This document shows positions 26,501 to 40,051 of a stretch of 64,000 bases of DNA, one piece after another. Made by a program: the position numbers and the translations under genes. The notes beneath the pieces are model-generated. The model was not told where the DNA came from, did not search any database, and saw nothing but the letters and a program-made list of their open reading frames with translations. Position 1 is the stretch's first letter; every line of letters begins with the position of its first letter. Origin of the DNA: Octopus vulgaris (Eukaryota); contig OX597816.1 in the NCBI GenBank assembly GCA_951406725.2, positions 89,590,001-89,654,000 on the forward strand, written 5' to 3'.

Positions 26501-29500
26501 ACTATGACGTTACGGGGTCATCAAGTGAATAATAGGTGGGTAGTACCGTACTGTCCATTTCTGATGAAAACTTTTAACGCTCACATAAATGTGGAGTTCT
26601 GTCATTCAGTCAAGTCTATAAAGTATATATGTAAATATGTTAACAAAGGTTCTGACGCTGCCATGTTTGGCCTTCAAAAGGACAATAGCATGGACGAGGT
26701 GTCACAGTACTTGGCAGGTCGGTACATAAGCAGTGGTGAAGCTTTTTGGCGGATATTCGGGTTTCCACTTCACCAAAGGCACCCCGCCATCATACAACTA
26801 GCGGTTCATTTGGAAAATGGCCAGCGAACTTACTTTACTGAACAGACTGCAGCTGAATTGGCGGCAAATCCAAAACAAACAACTTTGACCGGTTTCTTTA
26901 GACTTTGCCAACTTGACACATTTGCTAAAACACTTTTATACCCTCAGGTCCCGTCCTACAACGTGTGGTCAAACAACAATTGGGTGCGTAGGAAGTCGGG
27001 TCAGGATGTTGAAGGACATCCTGGTGTCAAGTTTAACAGTTGTCTAGGAAGAGTCTACACTGTACCTCCAAACCAACATGAGTGTTTTCACCTGCGCCTT
27101 CTCCTCGAAGAGGTTTTAGGCCCACAAAGTTTTCAAGACATCAGAACTGTTGATGGTGCATTATGTGATACTTTCCGCGAAGCCTGTTTTCGGCGTCGAC
27201 TTTTGGAGGATGATTCACAATGGGGCGCCACTATGGCGGAGGGTGTTCCGTTAAAATCTCCGAAAAAAATCAGATCGCTTTTCGCTATTCTACTACTATG
27301 GTGTGACTTGGCTAATCCCGCCTCTTTATGGCTTACCTACAAAGATTATATGTCTGAAGATTTCCTGCGTCACGCTCAATCGCTACATCCATCAATGGAG
27401 GTCGGGTACACTGACCTCATTTACAACAGGGCGCTGCTTGAAATCGAAGATACTGTACTTGATATGGGCGGTAGTGCCTTGCCGGTCTATGGCCTACCTT
27501 CAACAAACCGGGAAGGCACAAACACTCCGTCTTCACATTTGCTGCGTGAGACATGTTTTAATGTTGACGAGCTTGCCGAGTACATAGCCGACAATGAGCC
27601 AAAGCTCCTTCCAGAACAGAAGTTCGCTTACAACTCCGTTGTTAATTCAGTCCAGGCCAAAGCTGGTGGGGGATTTTTTTCCTGGACACTCCTGGAGGCA
27701 CTGGGAAAACTTTTGTCAACAAATTAATATTGGCTGAGATTAGGCGAACACAAGCCATTGCCCTAGCTGTGGCATCATCTGGAATTGCGGCTACTTTGTT
27801 GTCAGGTGGCAGGACAGCTCACTCCACTTTCAAGCTCCCGCTTGACTTAGCGAAGACTGAGACACCAACTTGCAACATCAGTAACAGCTCCGATCAGGCA
27901 GAAGTCTTCAGACGATGCAAGCTTATCGTTTGGGATGAATGCACGATGGCCCACAGAGGTGCTCTTGAAGCACTAGATAGATCTCTCAGAGACATCAAAC
28001 ACTCTTCAGCTCCCATGGGAGGCATAACACTTCTTCTTTCAGGGGACTTCCGACAAACACTTCCCGTTATTCCCAAAGGGACTAGAGCTGATGCAGTAAG
28101 TGCGTGTCTTAAGTCATCCACATTGTGGCCACTGGTGAAGACTCTCAAACTTCACACCAATATGCGTGCTCATATGCGACGTGATATCACATCAGCAGCA
28201 TTTGCTCACACCCTCCTTGCACTTGGCGAAGGCAAAATACCAGGGGATGAAAATGGTAATATTGCCATCGATTCCATTTGTACCATTGTTAAAACGCCTT
28301 CTGATCTCAGAGATGCAGTGTTCCCAGATCTACAAGCTAATTATCAGAATATGGATTGGATTGGCCAAAGGGCTATTCTGGCCCCTAGGAATAAAACTGT
28401 TCACCATATTAATAATGAAATGCTAAAACTCATTCCTGGGGATGTCTATGTATATAAGTCTATCGATACAACTCCTGACCCAGAGGACGTCATCAATTAT
28501 CCAATAGAGGTACTCAATTCCTTTGAGCCCCCCGGACTACCACCAGACATTCTCAAACTTAAAGTTGGTGCCCCTATAATGCTCATTAGAAATTTGGTTC
28601 TTCCAAAACAATGCAATGGCACACGTTTGATCGTTAAGTCCTTATCTCCCAATCTGATTGAGGCCACCATTATCACAGGGTGCGGTCGAGACAACGTTGT
28701 GCTCATACCTAGAATGCATCTTTTCCCATCAGGAGCAGACCTACGTTTCATATTACGGAGGTCCCAGTTCCCAGTAAGACCATGCTTCGCAATGTCAATT
28801 AACAAAGCGCAGGGTCAAACACTGTCTGTGGCGGAATACATTTGGGAGAGCCATGTTTCTCTCGTGGTCAGCTTTATGTTGCCTGCTCGCGTGTCGGCAG
28901 CAACAGTGATGCTTTCGCATTCGTTCCACAACGAAAAACAAAAAATATTGTGTACAAGGCGGTTTTATAGGATTACTACCTTTCATCATTTTCGAACACG
29001 TTAGTATTTCACTTACATACGACTCTCTTTTATGATGGCATTTACATTTTTAGGCGTTTCATGACATTAATTCACACTTAACCAACACCTGTCCTTCGCT
29101 CGCCTCTATTTCTATCCATTCATCATCAAACCACCAGCCTCATCTTCTATATCCAACGTACATGACACATCTACTTCCTACATCTACACTCTCACTGTTA
29201 AAGTTTACATAAGCGATAACACGATCGCAACATACACTTTGGAAACTAAGCAACAGATCATTTTATACAACAACAAATTTAATCATAACGCCCATCAATG
29301 AAAACATCTCCACCACTGTGTTGTGATTCATCTATTCAGCACCACTACAGTCTTGCCGGTCTGACATATGGTGAGTAGATGCTATTGTTCTATATTTTAT
29401 AAATTACCCATATTTACTTACCCATGCTTCATTCCCCTCTTACCTACATAGGGCATCCATTCTCTTTTAACACAGCATGAAGTTTTGTAACAGCACATCC

Positions 29501-29811
29501 GCTGCCGTTCGTGGAAAACGAAGAGACCCTATTCACCTGCGAACGTTTTACATCACCTTCCACAACTATCAAATTCTTACAATTATGAGAACAATAACAT
29601 GGCTCTTTTCAAGGCAACCTCGCATTCAATTCTTACACCATTCTACGAGGGGTTAGGAACCCCTTTACACGGCTTTCTATATACTTACAAATACATTCAT
29701 TCGCCGTAAACTTATATCAATATTTGCCTGAATAATCATCATAATTCAGTGCAATCATTAACTGTACTTTCAAGCAATTCAGCCCCGAGCAACGCCGGGC
29801 AATTCTGCTAG
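23220..29811 (+). mobile_element. Near-complete autonomous-type Helitron (RepHel disrupted)
   Basis: 5' TC preceded by A; 3' CCCGAGCAACGCCGGG hairpin then CTAG followed by T. Confidence 0.92.
24360..28968 (+). pseudogene. Helitron Rep/Pif1 helicase ORF with a stop and frameshifts
   Basis: Rep motifs FITFTCNPKW, EWQKRELPHAHILL (HUH) and KYICKYVNKG. Helicase motifs PGGTGKT (shifted frame), IVWDECTM, GDFRQTLPV, CNGTRL and INKAQGQTL. Breaks at about 24860, 25616, 27680 and 28835. Confidence 0.93.
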
Positions 29812-29815
29812 TCTG

Positions 29816-29861
<46 letters not shown>

Positions 29862-29867
<6 letters not shown>

Positions 29868-30045
29868 AGAATTCACAAAAATAAAACGAAAGACGAAGAC
29901 ATGTGGTGTAGAAAACAAACAGATGTATTAATATAACAATCGGAAAAAAGTCTTTAACGTTTCGAGCCTACGCTCTTCCACACAAAGGAACACAGAAAGA
30001 AACAAGGAAAGAAAATAAAGAATGTGAAGTGGCTAGTGATATACA
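29862..30045 (-). mobile_element. Penelope-type pseudo-LTR remnant at (TA)n
   Basis: Homologous to 48100-48290; contains a degenerate hammerhead-like GAAGAGCGTAGGCTCGAAACGT on the minus strand. Confidence 0.55.
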
Positions 30046-30214
30046 TTCATTCATACATATTGTACATACATATATATATACATATATATGTGTATATGTG
30101 AATGTATGTATCTATGGATGGATGGATCGATGGATCGATGGTTGGATGGATTGTGTGAAGTATGGATGCTTCATGGTTAGTCATCCTTATTTACACACAA
30201 AATATTGAACTAAC

Positions 30215-30414
30215 CTTTAGATACATTCCGCTATACATACAACCACATTGTGATATTGGTACACATTCCTTCCCACTGAGAACATAGTTTCCTTTGCATA
30301 TACATCCATCAGTAAGATAAGCGGTCGGTGTGGGATTTCTGTTCATGCAAGTTGGTTGGTTGTCAGAAACATTAAATTTGTATATCGTGTTCGCCCATGT
30401 ACTACAATCCAATG
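30215..30414 (-). CDS. Host gene exon: TIL domain, unit B
   Basis: 200 bp, AG/GTtagt boundaries, phase 1->0; paralog of 52331-52530. Confidence 0.9.
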
Positions 30415-30779
30415 CTAAATAATTAAAAGACATATTGTTCATGATATTAGGATAATAATGGTAATGACAGAGATGTAACTGAGGAGGACGAGGATACGGA
30501 GGGGAAAAAGAAGGCTTTGCAAATATATGAAAGTGATCGCAATTAATGAAGGCATGATGCTGGTTTTCTGCTATTTTATTACATATATAGAAGGTGAATC
30601 TTTGAGAAGTTATTCAAAATATTGCAACGTTTGGAGGAAAGTGATATTTTAATTGTGCTGACTTTGAAATGATTATAAAAATGTAAAAGAGGTATCAAAA
30701 CTATATAAAATGAGAGAAAAACGGCAGAAATTAGGAAACAAATTGCAAGCGTTTCGTATCAAATAAAACATCTACTTAC

Positions 30780-31054
30780 GGCATCCCACAACTCCTCTCC
30801 AGTTAACTAAGAAACCTTTTCCTTCACATTCCTTGATAAAACTTTCGAAACTTTGGCAAATGGCACTCCTTTTATACTTAGCTGTCATACTATAAGCGCA
30901 AACATCAATCTTGCAAGATTCCAAATATTGTCTGGCTACTTCCTTTCCTAAGCTCTTCACACATTGTCCAAAAATACCATTCTCGTGTGTCATAAGTTCA
31001 CAAACACCAGTTATTTTTGGATCGCAATCGGTAGTGATATCTGTGACATTACAT
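30780..31054 (-). CDS. Host gene exon: C8 domain, unit B
   Basis: 275 bp, AG/GTaagt boundaries, phase 2->1; near-identical paralog of 52909-53183. Confidence 0.9.
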
Positions 31055-31404
31055 CTACAATCAAAATAATAGGGAGGAAAATTCATTAATATACAAAATT
31101 CATTACTCTGACTTCGCTTACAAGGTGCATTCTTCTACATCACGACATAACTATTTAAAGCGATAATAACGTTTGCTTGCATAAAATCAAGACTGACATG
31201 ATATTCCTGAACAAATCTAACTACACGCGAATTTCATCGGGGAACATGGCTGAAAAGCGTAAAATAGCCAATGCTTACCTAGCAGCGTTCAACAGGATGA
31301 TGGATTAAGCCTACAAACACAGCAGGACATGACAGGAATGAATACAAGATGTGTATGTGAGTGTGTATGAACATATATTTTGTTTGTTTTAATACACTCA
31401 GTGA

Positions 31405-31885
31405 ACAAATTCCTCCGGGGTCGACTTTACCTTTCATCCTTTCGAGGTCGATTAAATAAGTACCAGTTATGCACTGGGGTCGATGTAATCGACTTAATCC
31501 CTTTGTCTGTTCTTGTTTGTCTTCTCTATGTTTAGCCCCTTGTGGGCAATAAAGAAATAAATACATTCAGTGAAGGTGCGTGGCTTAGTGGTTAGGGTAT
31601 TCGACTCACGATCTCAGGTTTGTGAGTTCAGTTCCCGACGATGCATTATGTCCTTTATTTCACGCTGCTCCAGTCCACTCAGCTAGCAAAATTGCGTAGT
31701 AACTATATTTCGAAGGGCCAACCTTGTCACACTCTGTGTCACGCTGAACCTCCCTGAGAACTACGTTAACGGTACACGTGTCTATGGAGTGCTCAACCAC
31801 ATAAATGTTAATTTCACGAACAGGCTGTTCTGTTGATCGGATTTATTGGAAACCTAGTCGTCGTAACCGACGGAGTGCCAGTTAA
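31405..31885 (+). mobile_element. Partial Tx1-tailed SINE (31405-31562) followed by a different tRNA-SINE (31573-31885)
   Basis: First piece matches core and tail of the main SINE family; second has TGGCTTAGTGG A box and GAGTTCAGTTCC B box. Confidence 0.75.
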
Positions 31886-32684
31886 TACATTTAATACAAT
31901 GTGTATTCATTTAGCATATATTACATACTGGGAAGTCTCTTTAAGAAAATAGATTATCAGAAAATGCTTATTCATTATTTAATCATAAATATATAATCTG
32001 TAAACTGTCTTTGAGAGACACAACAAATTTACTGCAATATTAGTGAAATGTAATTTGATCAGCCAAACTTTTCTATATTTTTGTCAATCAATTTTATAAA
32101 AACACTCTCTTAATATTAAAACTGTGGTGCTAAGTATACTAACATAACAACACAGTTGGATTAAATGGTATTCACATTCACGATACTAAATGTTTTTTAT
32201 AACTTGAGTTTTGTAATCGGCATTTTAATATTTTTTATAACCGTAAAATATGAATTTCTGCTAAATAGTTTCCGCAGAAATGTCTGTAGCTGTTCCTGAA
32301 GAAAGTATTCCCTACAGGGACAATACTCTACCTAACCTCTTATATTTTGAGTTGAACATGATATGAATGAAACAAGACAGTATTGGTGAGATCATTGAAA
32401 TCTAAAGTCACGTTGGTTGTCTAATTATTAAACTCACTTCTGGATATTTTAATTACATAACCGTTCTCTACTGATAAGATCTATTTCTGTATTAAATAGG
32501 GACTGTCCTTTAAGAAGTATCCAATGTTATATCTCGTATTGCTCATTCCAAATGTATCTGGGATCAATATTTATATTTATAACCAGAGACCTACGTTCAA
32601 AAGAAATAGTCAAAATAAGAGACGTTTTCGAAGATGCTCCCAAAATATTGAGTCAACATTTAAATTACTAAAACATCGATTATT

Positions 32685-32727
<43 letters not shown>

Positions 32728-32899
32728 CTGTAATTGCTCCATAACTATCGTCTCGGCTATAATCTTGGAGTCCTAGTAATCCGTTACAGCACTTACCTAG
32801 CGTACCTAATCGTTTAGATCACCTGTGTAGTAAACCCCCATACTTTGTATATATATATATATATATATATAAGTTGTTTTTCGTAATACTTCTATATTT

Positions 32900-34130
32900 C
32901 TACATGGAAAAAAAAAACAACATCACAAACTTCAAATGTAAACCTAGTCTTTTTACGGCCTACCTAAAATATACAAGAGCAATATAATTAATACAGCCTG
33001 CAAACAATCACCAGGCAAATACATAAATATTCAAGCGCCAGAAGACTTAACGTTAAGGCCCATTATAGATGGCTCAGCCTGTGAAACCCACCGCCTAAGC
33101 AATTTTCTAGACATCCTGCTGAAACCCCTGCTGAAATACATTCAAAAGTTTCATTAGAGACGATTTAGACATGCTAGAACACCTACCAAAAGCAATTAAG
33201 GAAGAGACACTATTGGTTTCCTTCGATGTTATCAATCTTTACACCAACATCGAAACAATATCTCCTTTTTAGCTCCTGCCACCCGAAACACATCAAAATA
33301 AATATCCCCTTTAATTTGAAAAAAGGATTTGCACAACAGTGTCTATCAGACACAATAGTTGTCTGATAGAACTACTCGGGAACTTTGTCTTCAAGACTTC
33401 AAAACAACACTAACTGAAAGGCAATGTCCACCTTCACTTGTAGACGATGGAATTAAGCGTACCAAGAAATTAAACATAAAACCACTAAGGACAACAAAAC
33501 ATAACACTACAGCTCATCTCAAAACATTACTGTAAATATCAACCTTCAACCCTAGAAACAATGAGGCATACAACACTATTGTGCAAAATCTCCCTTTCCT
33601 AACTAGAGACCCAAAAATGAACAACATCCTGAAAGCGCATAAACTCATCAAATGCAAAAAGCATCACAAATCGCTAAAGAGACTTCTAGCAAATGCGAAA
33701 CCTTACACAACAACTATAAAACCAACGGTTAAAAAATGTGGACACCCAAACTGTGGAACATGCCCCAACCTACTTCAAGGCTCACAATTAAATCCAACTT
33801 CATTTGTGCCTCTGAGAACCTAATTTATGTAATAACCTGCTCGGGATGTGGACATAATTATATGGGACAGACGTGTATGACATTAAGACGAAGAACCACT
33901 CTACATAAAGAGCAGATCCGGTTCCCGCAATACAGACAAATTCATTTAAGTGAACACATACAGAAATGTGCAGGTAAAATTAAACCAAATTTCACAGTTT
34001 TGCCCTTCTACCGGGGCAAAGATACAATTTCTTTACAAGAAAGTTTAAATAAAGAAAGTTTTTCATCGAAAAATACAGAACACGTCTAAATATGCACGCA
34101 TAACCAACTTTTATTTCTTTACATATTTTA
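32900..34130 (+). mobile_element. Decayed Penelope-like element (Neptune-like): RT fragment plus GIY-YIG
   Basis: LRPII..ACETHRLS.FLD.LLKP, LVSFDVINLYTNI, KCGHPNCGTC linker and CASENLIYVITCSGCGHNYMGQT..LRRR..H. Confidence 0.82.
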
Positions 34131-34193
34131 ATTCAAGATTACATACCCATCACTGTACATATTTCTCCCCACTACTCTAGTTTTTTTTATTTT

Positions 34194-34241
<48 letters not shown>

Positions 34242-34577
34242 CATACATATATGTGTGTGTGTGTGTGTGTACATATATTCCACCTCCATACCGAAAGTTG
34301 AACAATGATCTCCCCTGTCCACAATAATAACGATAACCAATTGCCGCTCCTTAGATTTTCTATTTGTTGAATCGTTCATTCATAAGCTTCACACACAACA
34401 TGGACAAAAAAGTCTTCTTAAGAAAATGCGTATTTGAATAAATTTTAATGTCATGAATAGCGAAAGCGAAACCGGTCGACAAACACAATTCAATGAGTGT
34501 GTGCGCGCGCGTGTAACGTGCAAATAGCTAGTTCTAAAATCTCTAAACGAGATATAAGTAGTAATAATAGTGGATGC

Positions 34578-34771
34578 TAACATTTTTTTGCCACAATAAC
34601 ATGACTGTTCTATACATAACTGTGTAACTATATTTTAACCCCAAGAAGAGGAGTAATTCTCCCCCTTAATCACAGTATATCGGACACAGGCTGTGTGTCG
34701 TTAACCAGCTAGAAAATGTTATAACACAGTTCTGTATAGAACAGTCACGTTATAGTGGTAAAAAAATGTTA
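34578..34771. mobile_element. About 194-bp MITE-like element
   Basis: About 48-bp imperfect TIRs: TAACATTTTTTTGCCACAATAACATGACTGTTCTATACA at the left end, TGTATAGAACAGTCACGTTATAGTGGTAAAAAAATGTTA at the right. Confidence 0.75.
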
Positions 34772-34917
34772 CCGTATACAGTAATCCTTCGCCACAAAGC
34801 GGTTCACCTATCGCGGTTTATTATTTAAGCTTACGTCGATTCTTTCGTGGTGCTGTTTTACATTTATAATAAAATAAATATATACAAATTATAAAAATAA
34901 GAAAATATATATATATA

Positions 34918-35092
34918 CAGGCGTAGGAGTGGCTGTGTGGTAAGTAGCTTGCTTACCAACCACATCGTTCCGGGTTCAGTCCTACTGCGTGGCACCTTGA
35001 GCAAGTGTATTTTACTAAAGCCCCGGGTCGACCAAACCCTTGTGAGTGGATTTGATAGACGGAAACTGAAAGAATCCCGTCGTATATATGTG

Positions 35093-35129
<37 letters not shown>

Positions 35130-35360
35130 ATGCGTGTGTGTGTGTGTGTGTGTCTGTGTTTGTCCCCCCCAACATCGCTTCACAACCGATGCTCGTGTGT
35201 TTACGTTCCCGTAACTTAGCGGTTCGGCAAAAGCGACCGATAGAATAGGTACTAGGCTTACAAAGAATACGACCTGGGGTCGATTTGCTCGACTAAAGGC
35301 GGTGCTCCAGCATGGTCACAGTCAAATGACTGAAACAAGTAAAGGAGTAAAAGAGAATGA
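34918..35360 (+). mobile_element. tRNA-derived CORE-like SINE with internal (TA/TG)n
   Basis: TGGCTGTGTGG A box, GGGTTCAGTCC B box and ACCTTGAGCAAGTGT core. Confidence 0.78.
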
Positions 35361-35421
35361 AGAGAGTACAGTGCTGTTTCTACTTCTTGGATTTTCACCT
35401 ATCACGGTGTGTTTTGGAACC

Positions 35422-35454
<33 letters not shown>

Positions 35455-35456
35455 AT

Positions 35457-35720
35457 GTGGAGGCGCAATGGCCCAGTGGTTAGGGCAGCGGACTCGCGGT
35501 CGTAGGATCGCGGTTTCGATTCCCAGACCGGGCGTTGTGAGTGTTTATTGAGCGAAAACACCTACAGCTCCACGATGTTCCGGCACTCTTTCGCCACAAC
35601 TTTCTCTCACTCTGTGGCCTGCTCGCTTAGCCAGCGGGGTGGCGTCTTTGAACGCTAAAACAATGCGAGGCGCATTGTGACCAGCGATGTGTAGCAACAT
35701 CTGATAGCCTGGTCGATCAA
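35457..35720 (+). mobile_element. tRNA-derived SINE (another family)
   Basis: TGGCCCAGTGG A box and GGTTTCGATTCC B box followed by a non-tRNA body. Confidence 0.72.
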
Positions 35721-36116
35721 AAGATATATATATTTATATATATATATGTAGGCGCATATGATATATATATATATATATATCCACATACATATATTATCAT
35801 CATCATCATCATCATTAAAAGTTCGCCTTCCATAGTAGCATAAATGCATATGCGCGTTGTAAGAGTGTTTGTCCCGATACGAATTTGCAACTAGCATCGG
35901 TTTGTTTCAGTCTCTCTAACTTAACGGCTCTGCGAAACAAAACAGTAGATTAAGTACCTTAAAAGAAAGCATATTCGCTCGGGCGATAATTCGTGTGTGT
36001 GTGGGGGCCTCTGACGTATATGTATGCATGTATGTATTTTTACAAAATTCGTCCGACACTGTAAGACAATGCGAACAAAACGAACAAAACGTGAAGTAAT
36101 AAAACGTAATACTAAC

Positions 36117-36424
36117 ACTTTTTCTGGTTTGTCACTATCGTCAGGCACTTGATAGCTCTTGCCAATGAGGGAGTATTTATTTGCTTTTTTCGATACATCA
36201 ACACCTTCCTTCGTACGAAAGTCGTCTCGCTTGCTATTGCAGTCACCACATAGTCCTGTCAGCTGGCCTCTGTATTTACCGCTTACATAAATATAAACAC
36301 GATGGTTTCCATCAAATTTCACTTTCAGTCCGAAAGTTGTAGTAACGGTGACCCATCCGGCGGAGTACGTAGCATCAAATACCAAGAAATTCTTTAACGG
36401 CATTTGGAATATTTGTTTGTTGAC
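36117..36424 (-). CDS. Host gene exon: VWD domain, C-terminal half
   Basis: Acceptor ttttAG, donor GTtagt, 308 bp, phase 0->2. Encodes FGLKVKFDG...YRGQLTGLCGDCNSKRDDF...IGKSYQV. Confidence 0.9.
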
Positions 36425-37099
36425 CTAAAATTTCGCAAAAATGCATAATATATTAACTTACATTAAACTATAAACATAAACATCAATGTTCTAAACATTT
36501 TCCTCAGCACAATGCTCCCGTCTACACATCAAAATATATGTTAAATATGTATACAAGTGTGTTAATGAGTGTGTGAGCTCATATGGAAGTATATATATAT
36601 ATATATATTTCAGCCAGAGTTCTTTCGTCACACTCCTGTGACCGCATCAGTGGTCCTTTGTTTTCTTCTTTCTTATTTGTGTCTCTCCTTACTAACCGTT
36701 AGCCATTTTATATTTCTATTGTATGTTTTCATTTGCGCATGCTTATATCTCTATGTGCGTCTATGTTTATTTAGTGTAGGTATGTGGGAGGATGCCTGTA
36801 ATATTTGTATCTTCTGTTTATATACGTTCATGTAATTTGTATTTTGTTTTTTTTTTGTTATTGCTTTTGTTTATTCTTATTTTGTTCATGTGTTTACATC
36901 CACTTATTATTATCATTACATATGCTTGTATGTATGTATAACAACAATACTAGTAATAATAATAATAAATCGAATCGAAAAAAAAAATATATATATAGTT
37001 ATTTATTTCTATTTGTTTATTTATCTGTGTATTTAATATGTTTTCAGGATCCTCTATGGTCATATGTTGTGGTGTGTGCTAGCGCTCCATTCTAGTTAT

Positions 37100-37525
37100 T
37101 TTTTAAATAGGTAATTGAAGAAATTGGAGTTAAGAAAAAGGGGTACGGTTGGACATTTATTTTTTAATCACTACAATTGTTTCGATGCAATGTAGTTCTC
37201 CAGGTGTACAGGTACTTAATTATGCAACTGTTTCCCTGCATTATGAGATCTAGTTATGTATCCCCAGGCGATATGTAAATATTGTCCCCGTAAGTTTAAA
37301 ATGCTCGGATTGGATGTTTTTGAAGCCGAGCATTTTAAACTTACGGAGACAATATTTACATATCGCCTGGGGAAACATAACTAGATCTCATAATGCAGGG
37401 AAACAGTTGCATAATTAAGTACCTGGAGAACTACATTGCATCGAAACAAATGTAGTGAGTAAAAGATAAATGTCCAACCGTACCCCTCTTTCTTAACTCC
37501 AATTTCTTCAATTACCTATTCAAAC
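37100..37525. repeat. Long fold-back inverted repeat (about 205-bp arms, 17-bp loop)
   Basis: 37106-37308 is the reverse complement of 37326-37520; a single diverged arm recurs at 48294-48455. Confidence 0.93.
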
Positions 37526-38109
37526 ACAACAGAAGCCCAAACGCAAACCTAGAAGTACGTATAATACTACTACTGGATAACACAGGCTGAATCTGAAGGT
37601 GGATGAGCGTTATATTGTACTCTACTATGTTCTTTACAGAATATACTATAACTATATACGAGTGTGTGTGTGCGCACGCGCGTATGTTTGTGTATGCATA
37701 TATTTTACCTACCGACTTACTTAGGTATTAATGATACCAACATTTGGATACTCGAGCGATCTATACAGGAAATCCATCCCGTTGTCATTAAACTCGACAA
37801 GATCCTCTTGTGAACCACAAACATTAGATGAAACTATTTTACTGAGGAGCTCTGCCTCGCAAGTCAAAAGACAGAATGAGGCTTGAGATGACTCTCCTTC
37901 AAGTAGCATCTATCGAACAACTATAGCAAAAATATATACATCAACATAGTGTAGTAAAAGATGAAGCGAATAATATCGTGTGGGTCGGTAGTGAATTTCT
38001 AATGCACTCACTTCCTAACGCGCTTCCATGTGAAACCATCTACTAGCCACAGAAACCAATGCTCTGGGATACGATACCTCTTGAATGAATGCGTACATAT
38101 TGTTACACA

Positions 38110-38343
38110 GGGCGGTAAGTTGGCAGAAACGTTAGCACGCCGGGCGAACTGTTTAGTGGTATTTCGTCCGTCTTTACGTTCTGAGTTCAAATTCCGCCGA
38201 GGTCGACTTAGCCTTTCATCCTTTCGGGGTCGATTAAATAAGTACCAGTTACGCACTGGGGTCGTTGTAATCGACTTAATCCCTTTGTCTGTCCTTGTTT
38301 GTTCCCTCTATGTTTAGCCCCTTATGGGCAATAAAGGAATAAG
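38110..38343 (+). mobile_element. Full-length tRNA-derived SINE with Tx1-like tail
   Basis: A and B boxes, the shared core, and the tail CCCTCTATGTTTAGCCCCTTATGGGCAATAAA. Confidence 0.9.
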
Positions 38344-39542
38344 GAAACTTTTCATCAAATCTTCTACCAAGCATAAACATAACATGCTTGATATATTTAT
38401 GTAAAATAGATAAAATCTTGTAAGTTTATAGTGGTTAGCTACGATGATATCTTTACTTCGTAGTTGAGCAAATACTTACGGACAACAGCTTCGAAAACTG
38501 TATATCCTCTACCCCAAATAACAACTTCACCTTTATACTAATAATTAACGCTGCATTTGGTTATATTAGTAAATATATAAATGATAACATTGAAAAACGA
38601 AGTTTTTCGAGCTGTCATACAATTTCGGCTGCAATTAATCTGTAAGTGGAACATTAAAAAGTTCCTAAAGATCAGCATATAACACTTAACGTGGAATTTT
38701 GTTTCTATATCACAAACCAGCTTCTTACATCTAGAAATAATTCTAATATATAAAAATGTAAGGACATGTATGTATTTGATCGAGTATGTTATAGTCGTAG
38801 ATTGCTCGTTAATGAGCTTCCCTTTGTTTGTATGCTGGCACATGATAATGCATCCGAACTACAAGAAATGTTTCTAAATTTGTTTGTGCCATAAGTTAAC
38901 GTGAGTACAATATATCATACTACTTTCTCTTTACTACATATCAGTGCTTTACAAAGTGTATCGTATCAATTACATGCTGAGATTCTAAAACAGTTTATTG
39001 GTCGCCATTCATTAATTTATTCTTTATAATTTACCAATGTAGCGCGCGTGTGTGTGTGAGAGAGAGAGAGAATGTTTGTGCATGTATGTATGCGTGCGTG
39101 TATATGAGTGCGTGTGTGTGTGTATATATATATGTGCGTGTGTGTGTGTCTGTTTCTATTTGTATATGTGTGCTTTCAGTCAGTTCCGCTAGCTTATATC
39201 TAAAACACTGATGCAACAGACCAAATTTATGAAAGAATTCGAACATTACGCCCTTTATTTGGTCGAACAGTATTCTAAACTGAAATAGGTTATCTTTACT
39301 ATTATTAAAGATTTCAAATGTTTACTGAAATTTAAAACAATTGCTTTATCTCGGAGTTTGATCATTTAGAATGAGATTACTCATAATTTATAATATCAGC
39401 AACTGTTGTCTTCAATTTGTCCTCAATAAATCTTAACACATATATACCACTCATTTCCCGCCTTTTCCTTCCGCTTAAGTAGTTTGCTGGTTTACTTCCT
39501 CTAATTTGACGTTCATCTAACAAATATATAAAATCTACTTAC

Positions 39543-39793
39543 CAAAACTGTGTGACCTGGTAACAAGCGAAGTGTTACACCATTCACTTTAACATCAACC
39601 ATGCGAATGTACGAAACCTTCTTATTATTAAAGCGATGTTCATTTTTCGCTTCTACACTGAAGGCCATCAATGAGGAGCCTTTTGTTGTTGATGCAAGAG
39701 TATATTTACACGTTCCCATGAAATGTATGAGCTGACCATCAAATGTGGTATAATGTGGATCGCCTGATACTTTACACACACAATCGGGAATAA
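39543..39793 (-). CDS. Host gene exon: VWD domain, N-terminal half
   Basis: Acceptor ttctttgcAG, donor GTaagt, 251 bp, phase 1->0. CKVSGDPHYTTFDGQLIHFMGTCKYTL is the canonical VWD signature. Confidence 0.92.
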
Positions 39794-39883
39794 CTGCAAA
39801 GAAAGTTTCACACATTCCTTTAAGAAAAACTGAAGATGTACGCTTTGTATATCTGAGTAATTGTGTATCAACGTAAGGACGTG

Positions 39884-39889
<6 letters not shown>

Positions 39890-39919
<30 letters not shown>

Positions 39920-39967
39920 TGTATGTATGTATGTATGTATGTATGTATGTATGTATGTGTGTGTATG

Positions 39968-40049
<82 letters not shown>
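39890..40049. repeat. (ATGT)n-(AGAT)n compound microsatellite
   Basis: Directly visible. Confidence 0.95.

Positions 40050-40051
<2 letters not shown>

Noticed and set aside
31279-31310. Candidate small exon with a GTAAGC donor
   Set aside because: 32 nt would break the frame between the VWD and C8 exons, which already join in phase.
35457-35535. tRNA gene candidates (also 31573, 34918, 38110)
   Set aside because: A/B boxes are present but there is no complete cloverleaf and each continues into a SINE body.
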